Both the position numbers and the translations under genes were made by a program. From NCBI RefSeq assembly GCF_006345805.1, contig NW_021834911.1, positions 1 through 44,454 of the forward strand: DNA of 44,454 nt, in the 5' to 3' direction. The stretch is from Octopus sinensis. Lineage: Eukaryota. The notes beneath the pieces are model-generated. The model was not told the origin of the DNA, did not search any database, and saw only the letters and a list, made by a program, of their open reading frames with translations. Below, piece after piece: positions 24,589 through 37,028 of the stretch (the first letter of the stretch is position 1; each line of letters starts with the position of its first letter).

Positions 24589-24694
24589 GTCTTACCCAAA
24601 TGCTACGCAAAGTCTGTCATTCCAGAACATATCTCCTCTGGAAACCCTACTCCACGCTGGAAATGAGCTTGCAGCCATCGATTTACAATTCTAG
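24589..24694 (+). CDS. Candidate terminal coding exon of an unidentified host gene
   Basis: Long polypyrimidine tract plus CAG acceptor at 24586-24588, then SYPNATQSLSFQNISPLETLLHAGNELAAIDLQF* and AATAAA at 24720-24725. No homologue recognised. Confidence 0.25.
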
Positions 24695-25345
24695 TAACCT
24701 TAACAAGACTGCACTGTGTAATAAACCCTAATTATTCATAAACAACCCCTTAGCGTCGAGCTGTGAGAACTACCATAAAGACAGACGATGTAAATGATTG
24801 AAACGCATACTTTTATATTTTAAAGAAGCCATGAAACTCTATGCTTATATTTTCATTGAGTACTTAATAGAAAAGTAATCAACTTCAATTGAACCAATTT
24901 TGGCACACAACACACACAGAGTGAGAGAAATGTTCATACATACACATACATATATGTATGTGTTAGTGTGTTTATGTGTACACATATCACACACAAACAT
25001 ACAAATATGGCTGACCTGGAGTTATATAAATATGGCCGACCTGGAGCTAGACAACAACAATTCTATGTTGTCAATCGCTTGAAATATCGGCTAAATTTCT
25101 CAAAAATTAAAAAAAATAAGAACATAATCGGCAGCTTTAGAGAAATGTATGACAAATCTAATGGCAATTAAAAAGAAACCAAACTTTGTCCTTTGATGAA
25201 CAAATGCAACGTGAATGTGACAGCAGTGGGCAATAACAACTGCCATACAGAAACTGAACAATGGGAGTAAGTTTTATAACTATTGTCAATTGAATGGCCT
25301 ATGTATATTTTGTGGTATAATTTCCGAAAACGTATATTATATTGT

Positions 25346-25858
25346 ACTAGCAGTATCGCCCGGCGTTGCTCGGGTTTGTAAGGGAAATAACTATATAAGC
25401 ATTTTTAGAGAGTTACTTCCTTTATAGATGCCAATTCGGGCTTTCTTAGCCATTTCTGTTTTGGTGTCTTCAAGCCATGAAGTCGTTGTTCTAAAGAACG
25501 CTGGTCTCCTTGACAACGCTTTACGACGTTGATTTCCTTACACTCCCTTCCCCACAGCTTCACGAGGGAGGGAAGAAGGGGAGAAGCAAACAGGTGCAGG
25601 TGTGACCATGGACGCCAACTCCGCCGCCATCGACACACGAAAAATTATGCATTAAAATGGAATAAAAAATTATGTTAAATTATTTTTTAAATCGTAGACT
25701 CATCGTAAACACGCGCTAATACTCAGACAGGCTCGATATGAATCACGACTATAAGATACCCGAATTTGGTTAAACTGCACCGCAAAATATGGGAGTAGTT
25801 AGGAATCTAAATCGAAGGGGACAGACACTCACACAACTACAGTTTTATATATATAGAT
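25346..25858 (+). mobile_element. Helentron/HINE-like non-autonomous element
   Basis: 5' ACTAG followed by the hairpin CCCGGCGTTGCTCGGG. 3' GACAGACA...TTTTATATATATAGAT. Flanked by T and T. Confidence 0.7.
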
Positions 25859-26401
25859 TAAGACATGGAAACGTTAGCACAGAGCATTGGCTATCGATTC
25901 TATCTGAATCGGTAGCTAATGCCTTATTAATAACTACACTTTGTAAATCTGACCTTGAAGTTCGAATCCCTTGAGAAAACACAAAACAAAATACAAAAAA
26001 AAAAAAAAAGCAGAAGCTCAGCAGGACTTGTCATAGAAACTCTTGTATATTTTAGAAAACTATGGTGAGAAAATACTATCGATATTTAGAAAGCAGGCAG
26101 GTAGCACATCAGAAAACTGACATCGTTTCACATAACAAACAGAAAGGACAATAGTCTCTTATAATCTGCCATGGCAAATACTAGATGACTGATTATGATA
26201 ATGCTGTGAAATGGCTAATAGAAAAGCTGACAAATTACACAGGTTTAGCTGCTGAATTCAAGGACATGATTATTTTTATTTCTTCAAACGGAATAACACA
26301 ATACCAAAATCTGTGAAGGTATTAGTAAGTCATAATGAAAGAAAGTATCTTCATCGGTCAAAGTTGGCCATTCATCTGCATCTGTGTATTTACAAGATAT
26401 T

Positions 26402-26433
<32 letters not shown>

Positions 26434-26553
26434 TTTTTCTTCCTTTTTTTAGTTGGAATACAGGCAGTTATATATATGCATGTGTGTGTGCGTGTGCGTG
26501 TGCGTTACATTCTGCCAAGCCCCCAATGTTTATCTAAGAGAACGGTTACCACG

Positions 26554-26769
26554 TTAACCCTTTAGAATTTAAACCGGCCATATCAGGGCCGAATATTCAA
26601 CATGATTTCGGCCCAAGCTAGCCCGAACTGGTCTCTCGCACCTACTCCACAATGTCACTTTAAAAATAAACAAACGCATCACCAAAATCTTGAAGCTACA
26701 AGATAATGTTTGATTAATTCAAAACTTAAGCATTAACTTTGACAGAGTAATCTGAATGTTAAAGGTTAG
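26554..26769. mobile_element. Decayed piggyBac-like MITE
   Basis: Left end TTAACCCTTTAGAATT and right end AATGTTAAAGGTTAG form imperfect TIRs with TTAA-like ends. Confidence 0.45.
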
Positions 26770-26994
26770 AACTGATACAATTTGACATCAGTGCCATCGC
26801 AGGCGTCGCTCTCACGACACTTATTCACGGCACAGATACCGCAAGGTATCTTGCCCGAACCGCTCTAACAGCTTCTGCTAATTCCCAACTCTTGATCGAT
26901 ACCTTTTTCGTATCGATCCCCAAAGGGACGAAAAACAAAGTTGCCACCAGATATTGTATCTAACACTCTGACGATTCTACTACATGATATATTG

Positions 26995-27150
26995 TAAAGA
27001 ATATCCTCAACGCTTACAATATCAATGACAAATGTAATTTGTGTGGAACATTTCCTAAGACAATTTACCAGATTACATTAAGATGTCCATACACTAGCTC
27101 CGATAAATTAGTCCAAGAGGTACAATAATGTAGCAAAGCTACATTATTTA
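26995..27150 (+). pseudogene. Highly decayed R4/Dong zinc-knuckle fragment
   Basis: NDKCNLCGTFPKTIYQI..RCP..RYNNVA resembles the CxxC...H/C, RHD motif. Confidence 0.4.
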
Positions 27151-27930
27151 CCCTCACCCATTTATTACACTCGGTAATGCAATGAAAAATCACTTGTGTA
27201 TTAATAATTCGGTACTCTACCAGCAGTATATTGGATAGATATTATCCCTTAGTTGGTTGGATTCACAACCTATAACTCTCTTGGAATTATATGTGTGTGT
27301 GCATGTGTGTGTGTGTGTGTATGTATGTGCGTGTGTATATGTGTACATGTCCGAGCGTTGAATTTATGTGTGTGTGTATGTATGTGTCCTAGCGTTGAAT
27401 CTTAAAGGTCACCTACGGACAATTGCATGTGTAACCAACCATGAAGAACAAATCAGTAGTACAAAGAAATTAAATGCCAATCCCTTTAAAACGACAGCCA
27501 CTTTAACAGCACCAGAATCACCATCCCACTACATCTTCACATTCAACGTAGTTTGCCCTTCAGGAACACACCTTGATAAGCCCAGTGACTACTATTAAAT
27601 TCAGGCCACGCCTGGCAGAGAGGTTGTTCTTGAAGCCGAGGATTTAAAACTTACGGAGACAATATTTACATATCGCCTGAGGAAACAGAACTAGATCTCA
27701 TAATGCAGGGAAACAGTTGCATAATCATCTGCCACCCAATTCCGACTGTTGCCTTCCAGTACTAAAATGCTATGAAACTTTAGACACCACCAATCAGCAG
27801 ATAATCAAGACACTTGCATTCTATAATTATAAATATAGTAATATTAAACAACTATAATGTTGTGGAGAAGTAAAATGAAAAGCTAAGAAATTACATTAGC
27901 TTGACTATTGAGTGAAAGTAATAATATGTC

Positions 27931-28312
27931 GGAGAGCTGGCAGAAACGTTAGCACGCCGGGCGAAATGCGTAGCCGTATTTCGTCTGCCGTTACGTTCTG
28001 AGTTCGAATTCCACCGAGGTCGACTTTGCCTTTCATCCTTTCGAGGTCGATAAATTAAGTACCAGTTACGCACTGGGGTAGATATAATCGACTTAATCCG
28101 TCTGTCTGTCCTTGTTTGTCCCCTCTGTGTTTAGCCCCTTGTGGGTAGTAAAGAAATAGGTATTTCGTCTGTCTTCGTGTTCTGAATTCAGATTCCGTCG
28201 ACTTTGCCTTTCATCCTTTCGGGGTCGATAAATTACGTGTCAGTGAAACACCGGGGTCGATGTAATGGGCTAGACCCCCTCCCCACAAAATTTTGGGCCT
28301 TTAGTAGAAAGG
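27931..28312 (+). mobile_element. Composite (dimer-like) SINE family A
   Basis: Full monomer 27931-28158 plus a headless, more diverged monomer 28159-28312. AATAATATGTC at 27920-27930 and 28313-28323 flanks the whole unit. Confidence 0.85.
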
Positions 28313-28334
28313 AATAATATGTCTTATAAAGAAT

Positions 28335-28560
28335 GTGTTTGTCAGTCTATGTTTAATTGGTATAACTAGAGTGATACACAACCACTTTTTCTAAAGACAC
28401 GGACAGATTACCCATGAGGATGGCCATAGGCACGTTCCAGATGATAGTAATATTAGTATGTGGAAGTAGTGTTAGAGTATTGCGGCATTTGCTAACACTG
28501 AACGACTTTGTTAACTTTAAAGATCCTTGTTACCCTTGTATGCTAATTATTGAACACTAT
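28335..28560 (+). repeat. Old interspersed repeat, copy 2 (homologous to 5745-5965)
   Basis: Colinear shared blocks, as listed for copy 1. Confidence 0.6.
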
Positions 28561-30649
28561 TTAATTTTGTATGAACATTGGACATTTTCGTTAACTGTAG
28601 ATATTCTTGTTGCTGTGAACACTTTCACGCATGTCATCCAAAATGTACTTGATTTTTGTTTTGTTTTGGTGGTGGTGGTAGTGGTGGTGGTGGTGGTAGT
28701 GGTGGTGGTAGTGGTAGTGGTGGTGGCAGTGGTGGAGATGATGGTGGTGTTTGTAGAAGTAACAGTAGTAGTATTTGCTGATGTTATTGTTATTGTTGCT
28801 ATTGACTTTAATATATAAATTTAAATCAATTCATATATTACATTGTATTATATTGTATTGTTTTATATGGTATTGTATTATATTATATTATATTAAATTC
28901 TATTATATTATATTCTAGTATGTTTTGTATTATGTTGTTATGAGAAGTGAAGAAGAAATAATACAGCACACTGCATCTGTATACAAAAGCATGTTTTATA
29001 TATTTTTGGTTCCTTTTATTAGTCGGTGAGGTAGGCGGTGAGCATGACCTTAGAAGTACCTCCCGGACAGAAGCAACTGCTGTGATTGGTCGTTTTAAAT
29101 TCAATATCTTAGCTAAGATGACGCATTAGCAAAGGTGACGCATTAGCAAAGTCGTTAGAACGCCTGATTAGAACGTTTTTTGGCGCTTGTTCCAGCTCGC
29201 TAGATTCTGAATACAAATCCTGCTTCGGTCAGCATTGCCTTTCTCCCTTTCGGGATCGATAAAAACTGGAGCAGCTGTCAATTACTAGAGTCGATGATAT
29301 TACTTAACACCTTCCACTCGAATTTCAAGCCTAATACCTACTACAGAAACAATATTTGTTCTTTGGGCCCTGAGTTCAAATCAGGTCGAGGACAACTTCA
29401 TTTTTCGTTCTTTCAATGATCGATGAATATAGTACCAGTCACTTGCTAGGGCACCCATGCCCTATCTCCTTTCATCTAGCATATCCTGGACGTTCCATTG
29501 GGTTAAAGTTGAGTGAGTGGAAATGATATCTATGTCTGATCGCAACTAGATGAGCATCTAAAACATAATTTTTATTTAACCAAGTTGGTTTACACAAAGG
29601 TGGGGGAGGGGCGTTACAGAGGGTTGGAGAACGAATGATTAACAACATGAAGTTAGACATATAGTTAAAAATAACCGAAAAATATGAAAATCGAGTGGAA
29701 TAAAACAAAATGGAGTGAGGGACGCGGCCAACTCCACAAACCACGTACCAACACTGAAACCTGAGTTTTTTTCCTTTTGTTCTTACTTAAGTAGGCGGAG
29801 AGCATCTAAAACCATTGATAAAAGTATGATATATAATGTGGGCTATTAAAATCTGTTCTAAATTTTCACAGGACAAACAGTAAAAGCAATGCAATCCAAC
29901 CATGCTTGCAGTATAACAGACAATAATTGTAGTGCATGCACTGAAAACTATAATAGATAAAAAATAAAAAGAACTGCGACAGCTTGTTAAATTTGAATCT
30001 TTTAAATGAGACTCGGAAGAGTCAGTTACTGGTAGACGTGCTCACACTGAATGAGGAGGCTAAAAGATCTAATAACTCGATTGTGAGTGAGAAGATATTG
30101 TCTACAGGAGAAATATGGGCGGTGAGAAAATTCCTGAGGGCTGCTGCAGCTCTCTTTGAGGAAGAAAAGAGTCAGAAAATAGTGTTTAGGATGGTGAGGT
30201 CTCGAAGCCCAAACCAAATACTACAAGGTATTTTGACCAACGCTCTAACGCTCCTGTCAATTCTGGCAATATTATGGCACGCAATAAAAGGGTGCATTTT
30301 ATATTTATTTTTATGTTTTTGCTATTGTTGTTACTTTAGTACCATGTCGGGTCCATCAAGCTGACCTATGATTAAAAGACATTCTAACCATGACCAATAC
30401 TGGTGTATATAGTATAGTAATGACGACGGAAGGATGAGGGATGGATGAGTTGTGTATGAAGTTGCTTTACTTCAAGGGATCAGTAACGGTTATGGCAGTT
30501 GAAATTCCAGTTCTCGTAGATTTAAACTTGCTTACTCTTTTCTGGCTTCTTAGCTCATGGTGGTTTTGTTCTATATATTATAACATAGTGTTATTCTTAC
30601 ACCATACTTGAACACAATCTTTAAGGATTCTAATTCTGGAAAAGGTAAT

Positions 30650-31234
30650 ACACAGTACAATGAACTGTAAAAGTCAACCGTCTGTCGTACCTACTTACAG
30701 GGAGGTAGATTGGACTGTTGATATTTAAGTGTGTTGGTCATGGACACAGTACAGGGAACTATATTACACTGTAGTATCTACTTACAGCTAGGTAGACTGG
30801 ACTGTTGATATTTAAGTGTGATATTAAAGGCGGCGAGCTGGCAGAATCGTTAGCAGGCCGGGCGAAATGCGTAGCCATATTTCGTCTGCCGCTACGTTCT
30901 GAGTTCAAATTCCACCGAGGTCGACTTTGCCTTTCATCCTTTCGGGGTCGATTAAATAAGTACCAGTTACGCACTGGGGTCGATATAATCGACTTAATCC
31001 GTTTGTCTGTCCTTGTTTGTTCTCTCTGTGTTTAGCCCCTTGTGTGTAGTTAAGAAATAGATATTTAAGTGTGTTGGTCATGGACACAGTACACTGAACT
31101 ATACCACACTGTTGGACCTACTTACAGCAAGGTAGACTAGACTGTTCGTAGTTAACTGTGTTGTTCATGAACAGAGTATGGTGAACTATATCACACTGTG
31201 GTACCTACTTACAGCTAGGTAGACTGGACTGTTG
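30650..31234. repeat. 87-bp minisatellite (about 4 units) interrupted by a SINE
   Basis: Complete units at 30734-30820 and 31074-31160 are exactly 87 bp. Partial units lie on either side. Confidence 0.9.
30829..31059 (+). mobile_element. SINE family A with 14-bp TSD
   Basis: TSD GATATTTAAGTGTG at 30807-30820 and 31060-31073. Confidence 0.9.
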
Positions 31235-32136
31235 AGAGAAATTTGGTCGTTTTTTTTTCTAGTAAATAAAGGGACCATATATAGGTTCAATCGCTGGCTC
31301 TGATCTATCAGTCTGCGAAGGATAGCAACCAAATTTTCCTAATAATATAGCTGATCTTGTTGTTGTGGTGGTCACGGTTGCTGTTGTTAATGTTTAGCAT
31401 CTACGCAGATTTAATAAAGTTAACTTATGGTCGACGGCGTTCTAAACATGACGCGGTCTTTTTCGCATTATTCAAAGTGACATTCTACTTACATTTTAGA
31501 AAGTAATGTTGTGTAGCCCTCGGTCAGACTTGATAAAGCTAACCTATGATCAAACGTGACCAGCCTGTCTTCTTCAGATTACCCAAATTACATTTTTTAG
31601 ACAAACTACATTTTTTAGACAGCACGGTTTTTTAGCCCCTGGTCAGTTTTGATAAAGTCGACCGATGATTGAAGTAATTTCAAATATGACCATCCAGCCT
31701 TTTCTTCATCACTCAAACTGACATTCGATTCAAGATGTACCAGAAGGATATCCTGCTATTATTTCCAGGGTTGTAGTATATGCGTGCGGTCAGGGAAAGA
31801 CCAACCGTTGATGGTGCACGATCAACCTGCTATTTCTTGCATGCTAAGTATCCACTTTAGATACGCTGTAGTTTACACGTAGTCGCAAGAATATTGGCTT
31901 TTAGTACTACAACTTAAACCTTACAAATTGCAGGATCAGCACTAATCTATACATAATCTATTCATATTTTAGAGAGGGCAAATACAACAGGATATCGTAT
32001 GAAACTTGTTTAACCGGATCACTGTCTTGTATTTTTCTTGCTTTTTTATATTCAATGCGTGAGGAGAAAAATAAAAATAAAGAGATATCTAGGTGACATA
32101 ATGTACATACATACACACATACCAATACACACACAT

Positions 32137-32206
<70 letters not shown>

Positions 32207-32325
32207 ATACATATATATATATATATGTGTGTGTGTATATACACACGTCTGTACGTATGTACACACACACTGATACAGACATATGCATAATATACAGACA
32301 CACACACACACACAAATACATACAC

Positions 32326-32363
<38 letters not shown>

Positions 32364-32575
32364 ATTTATATTCGCACACACATACGTGCACATGAGTGTG
32401 TGAGTGTGTGTGTGTGAGTATGTATGTGTGTGTGCGTGTGGGGAGTGTATGCATGTGTTTATTTCTTATTGTTAATTAACCTCAGGTAAAGTCTGAATTA
32501 GTAGACATATGGCAAAAGGCATTCCAGCCATGACAATCACGTCATTTTTCCAAACGAGCATAATCATACCGATAC

Positions 32576-32650
<75 letters not shown>

Positions 32651-32694
32651 TGTTCGTATACGTATGTATGAGTATCCATGTATGCATATATATC

Positions 32695-32984
<290 letters not shown>

Positions 32985-33071
32985 TATTCGAGACAAAACC
33001 ACTATTTTGCAAAACAAACAAGGAAAGACTTAATCAATACATAAAATTTTAATAAATAGTCAAAAAAACCG

Positions 33072-33113
33072 CCACTACAATCGTTCTTGTCTTGATCGAC
33101 AATCTTCAGGTGG
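33072..33113 (-). ncRNA. Inverted hammerhead copy lacking one core A (GAAC instead of GAAAC)
   Basis: Reverse complement reads CCAC-CUGAAGA-UUGUC(GAUCAA)GACAA-GAAC-GAUU-GUA/GUGG. The missing A may be a mutation or a consensus error. Confidence 0.65.
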
Positions 33114-33145
33114 ATTTCCAATAATTCAGTGTCAAATTATGAAAT

Positions 33146-33188
33146 CCACCTGAAGATTGTCGATCAAGACAAGAAACGATTGTAGTGG
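33146..33188 (+). ncRNA. Minimal type I hammerhead ribozyme
   Basis: CCAC-CUGAAGA-UUGUC(GAUCAA)GACAA-GAAAC-GAUU-GUA/GUGG. Complete core, 4-bp stem I, 5-bp stem II and short stem III. Predicted cleavage after 33184. Confidence 0.88.
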
Positions 33189-33502
33189 CGGTTTTTTGAC
33201 TATTTATTAAAATTTTATGTATTGATTAAGTCTTTCCTTGTTTGTTTTGCAAAATAGTGGTTTTGTCTCGAATAATATTTTATAATATTTTACTATAAAA
33301 TCGATTTAATCCTAAATCTGATTTTTCCCTGTAATTTTGGATTTATTCCCTAATATTTATTATTATATATATATATATATATATATAAAACGATATTTAA
33401 CCAACTTGTCCTTCTGTATTTAAGTCAGTATAATGCATTAAATAGAAATTTCGACGCTTTTTCTAGCAGAGCGAGTGACCTCATTCAGTCCTTATCGTCA
33501 TT

Positions 33503-33793
33503 GCTTAGCGGCATTTCGTCCTTCTTTATGCTCTGAGTTCAAATTCTGCCGAGGTCAACGTTTCCTTTTCCTTCTTCCGGGATCGATAAATTAACTACCC
33601 GTTGAGTACTGGAGTCGATGTAATAGACTATCCCCCGCCCCCAAATTTCAGACCTTGTGCCGATTAGTCAAGGTCGACTTAGCCTTTAATCCTTTCGGGG
33701 TCGGTAGATTAAATACCAGTGAACCATTGGGGTTGATTTAATCGACTAGTCCCCTCCCACAAAATTTCAGGCCTTATGCCTATAGTAGAAAGG
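33503..33793 (+). mobile_element. Two diverged, truncated SINE family A units with a (TTA)n tail
   Basis: Body motifs CTGAGTTCAAATTC, GTCGAC...CCTTTCGGGGTC and tail TAGTAGAAAGG, followed by (ATT)n to about 33868. Confidence 0.75.
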
Positions 33794-33839
33794 ATTATTA
33801 TTATTATTTTATTATTATTATTATATTATTATTATTATG

Positions 33840-33870
<31 letters not shown>

Positions 33871-34215
33871 CCCTCTCATTGAAAGGTACCCGATTTACAC
33901 CCGGCCTCTACAACATGAAGATGCTGCACCCGGCCTCTACCCATGAAGATGCTGCAACCAGTTCTTTCCACACTCAAACATTGTTACGCAAATTTTTTCA
34001 TTTTCCTAGAAATTGTTTCTATCTAACCTTCCACTTGGACGCAACAACATACACACAGAGGCACGTACGACATGCATGCACTAGACTACTACATCACACA
34101 TACATGCACGTGTAGATATCTGTCGGTCAGAAGTTTATACAACTCACCTTACACGCACACCAGGAAGATAGTTATACACACGTTCATACAGGCTGGCACA
34201 TATATATTTTTTTAT

Positions 34216-34520
34216 TAATGCGCCCTTTTCAAGCCTAGCCAGGCTCATGGGTCCGGTTTCCCGGTTTTCTATGGCGTATGTGTTCCCCCCAGCCGGATGG
34301 GACGCCATTCCATCGCAGCGTTACTCAAGAAACAAGAAGAAAGAGTGAGAGAAAGTTGGGGCGAAAGAGTACAACAAGGGTCGTCACCACCCCCTGCCGG
34401 AGCCTCGTGGAGCTTTTAGGTGTTTTCGCTCAATAAACACACACAACGCCCGGTCTAGAAATCGAAACCGCGATCCTCCGACTGCGGGTCCGCTGCCCTA
34501 ACCACTGGGCCATTGCGCCT

Positions 34521-34524
<4 letters not shown>
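34216..34524 (-). mobile_element. tRNA-derived SINE with Meta/V-like core
   Basis: Colinear with 19722-20027. Confidence 0.8.
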
Positions 34525-34568
<44 letters not shown>

Positions 34569-34960
34569 GCATATAAGAATTTTTGTTTGTCGCTATACTC
34601 GTACTCAAAAGTCCACACGCACATATTGATACATAGGTGTGAGTGTGTACGTGTGTGTGTAGTGTGTGTGTGTGTGTGTAGTGTATGTGCGTGTGTGTGT
34701 GTGTGTGTATGTGTGTGTGTATATGTGTGTGTATATATATACATAAAAGACATACAGATAGCACCCCTCCCCCAACACACAGACGCACGCGCTCAGATAC
34801 ATTTATCATTGGTCGTCAGGGCGATCCTCTGTCCGTGGGTCCCTGGATGGTTCCTAGTAGGAGGCTTTTCTGTTTCAGGAAAACTGCATCGTACATGTGT
34901 CCACATATTTTGTAAATTATGTATAAGGGTACACTAGGCACATGCATGGCTCTTTACTTT

Positions 34961-35108
34961 CGGAGTTCAAATGCTCCCGAAGTCGACTTTGCCTTTCATC
35001 TTCCCGGAATCGTTAAAATATGAACCGGTTTAAAACTGAGGTTGATATAATTGACTAACATTCGCCCCCCAAAAAAATTTCAGTTCCTGTTTCTATATAA
35101 AGGATTAT
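34961..35108 (+). mobile_element. Diverged partial SINE family A
   Basis: GAGTTCAAAT...GTCGACTTTGCCTTTCATC...AAAGGATTATT. Confidence 0.6.
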
Positions 35109-35300
35109 TATCATTGATATTGCTAAGGAATTAGAAAAAAAAAAAAAACGACATTGGATCTTCCCTTCAGCGAAGTAAAATAAATAAGCCAATATACACG
35201 ATACGTGAAAAAGTAAAAGATAACCGGATCATTAATGAACATAATTGTTCATTTCTAAATTAATTGTTGCTAAGGAACAATCCAGTTTTCTTTTACTTCT

Positions 35301-35663
35301 CAACCACATATTCCGGGTTCAGTCCTACTGCGTGACACCTTAGGCAAGTGTTTTCTACTATAGCCTCGGGTCGACCAAAGCCTTGTGAGTGGATTTGGTA
35401 GACGGAAACTGAAAGAAGACCGTAGTATATATATTTATATATTTGTGGTGTATAAGTTTCTTTGTTTATCCTCGTCACCGCTTGACCATCGGTATTGGTG
35501 TGTTTACTCTCCCGTAACTTAATGGTTCTGCAAAAAAGGCCGATGGAATAAGCAGCAGACTTTAAAATATATGACCTGGGGTCGATTTGTTCGACTAAAA
35601 CCCTTTAAGACAGTGCTCCGACATGGTCGCAGTCTAATGACTGAAGCAAGTAAAAGAATAAAA
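35301..35663 (+). mobile_element. SINE family BC, diverged
   Basis: Head part CCGGGTTCAGTCC, short (TA) core, and 3' domain ending GTAAAAGAATAAAA. Confidence 0.8.
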
Positions 35664-35759
35664 CGAGCCAGAATCAGCACCAAACTGGATACTGGATGGA
35701 CAAACCAGCCTAATTCCCAAAAACAAAGACACCGTTCACCTATAAAATTATAGGTCAAT

Positions 35760-36077
35760 AACATGCCTATCAACAATCCACAAAACCCTCACATCAGTCA
35801 TCTGTAACCGGCCTATAATACACCCAGCTTCTTGCTGGTAGACATTGCAGTCCCTTCTGACAAAATAATGTCCAAAAAGAAGTGGAGAAATTGTCAAAGT
35901 GCAAAGAAGTATTCAAGATGTAGGGCATGAAAGTGAAAACAATACTAATAACAATTGGAACATTGGGCATGATAAAAAAAACATAAACTATACTTGGACC
36001 TCAACACTACACACTATCCAACAATTGCCCTGCTAGGAACAGCCTACATCCCACGCAAGACGCTATCAGTTCAGTAA
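35760..36077 (+). pseudogene. R4/Dong LINE C-terminal RLE fragment
   Basis: LLVDIAVPSD..EKLSKCKE..TIGTLGMIKK..IALLGTAYIPRKTLSVQ*, with frameshifts. Confidence 0.75.
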
Positions 36078-36264
36078 TACAGCACAAGCAAAACAACCCA
36101 CAAACACAAGACAAATATCTAATAAAATAAATAATCACTGGCAGGCTATGTACTCAACAGTTGAACATAACTCGCATTACACACACAGCACACAGTACAA
36201 ACACTAATATAACAATATTCCAACCAAACCCAATAACAAAAAGAAACTGACGTAATACAATACC

Positions 36265-36494
36265 TATTTCTTCATTATCCACAAGGGGCTAAACATAGAG
36301 GGGAAAAACAAGGACGGACATAGGTATTAAGTCGATTATATCGACCCCAGTGCGTAACTGGTACTTAATTTATCGAACCCGAAAGGATGAAAGGCAAAGT
36401 CGACCTCGGCGGAATTTGAACTCACAACGTAACGGCAGACGAAATACTGCTGAGCATTTCGCCCGGCGTGCGAACGTTTCTGCCAGCTCGCCGC
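36265..36494 (-). mobile_element. SINE family A with 11-bp TSD
   Basis: TSD AATACAATACC at 36254-36264 and 36495-36505. Confidence 0.9.
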
Positions 36495-36774
36495 AATACA
36501 ATACCGGGAAGAGTCTGCACTCCCCAGCAACAAAAAAGAACATACAATGCTGCACACACCCTAGCAACACAGAGGTGTAGCAGGTGATGCAGTAGAAATT
36601 TGCCTGAAACTACAAAATGTTGAATAATGATCAATCTAGTATGTTTATTTTAATAGCCTACTACTGTATACAGTACGTTTCTCTGCCCTAGGTGTCAGAA
36701 AGGCACTTGGCAAGAAATGGAAGTAAAATTGAAAGAAGATGCTAATGATGATAATAATAATAATAATAATAATA

Positions 36775-36815
<41 letters not shown>

Positions 36816-36826
36816 TAATAATAATA

Positions 36827-37015
36827 ATCCTTTCTACTATAGGCACAAGGCGGGGATGGAGGACTGGTTGTTTACATCGACTCCAGTGTACTTAATTTAT
36901 CGACCGACTCCGAAGCGGTGAAAGGCAAAATCGACCAGAATTTGAACTCAGAACGTAGTGACAGGTGAAATACCGCTGAGCATTTCGTCCAGTGTGCTAA
37001 CGATTCTTCCAGCTC
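36827..37015 (-). mobile_element. Diverged SINE family A with (TTA)n tail
   Basis: Reverse complement of family A. The tail merges into (TAA)n at 36745-36826. Confidence 0.75.
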
Positions 37016-37028
37016 TGAGATAATAATA

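Larger units (their letters stand above)
32975..33362 (+). mobile_element. (TA)n-embedded fold-back element 4: Penelope-like pLTR / retrozyme-like unit with inverted duplication
   Basis: Arms 32975-33126 and 33135-33284 around an 8-nt loop, a unique 3' tail at 33285-33362, then (TA)n. Each arm carries a hammerhead. Confidence 0.85.

Noticed and set aside
29119-29151. Tandem duplication of TGACGCATTAGCAAAG
   Set aside because: A trivial local slippage at the edge of a highly decayed SINE.
7309-30828. 6-8 extra nt between the 5' TSD and the SINE start (7309-7314, 18461-18468, 30821-30828) as templated insertions
   Set aside because: They resemble local target sequence but are too short and AT-rich. 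They could equally be an ATATTA(A/T)A leader of the SINE master.
30650-31234. CRISPR-like or protein-repeat interpretation of the 87-bp array
   Set aside because: Whole units are homologous with no unique spacers, the context is eukaryotic, and the complete unit translated (30734-30820) has stops in all six frames.
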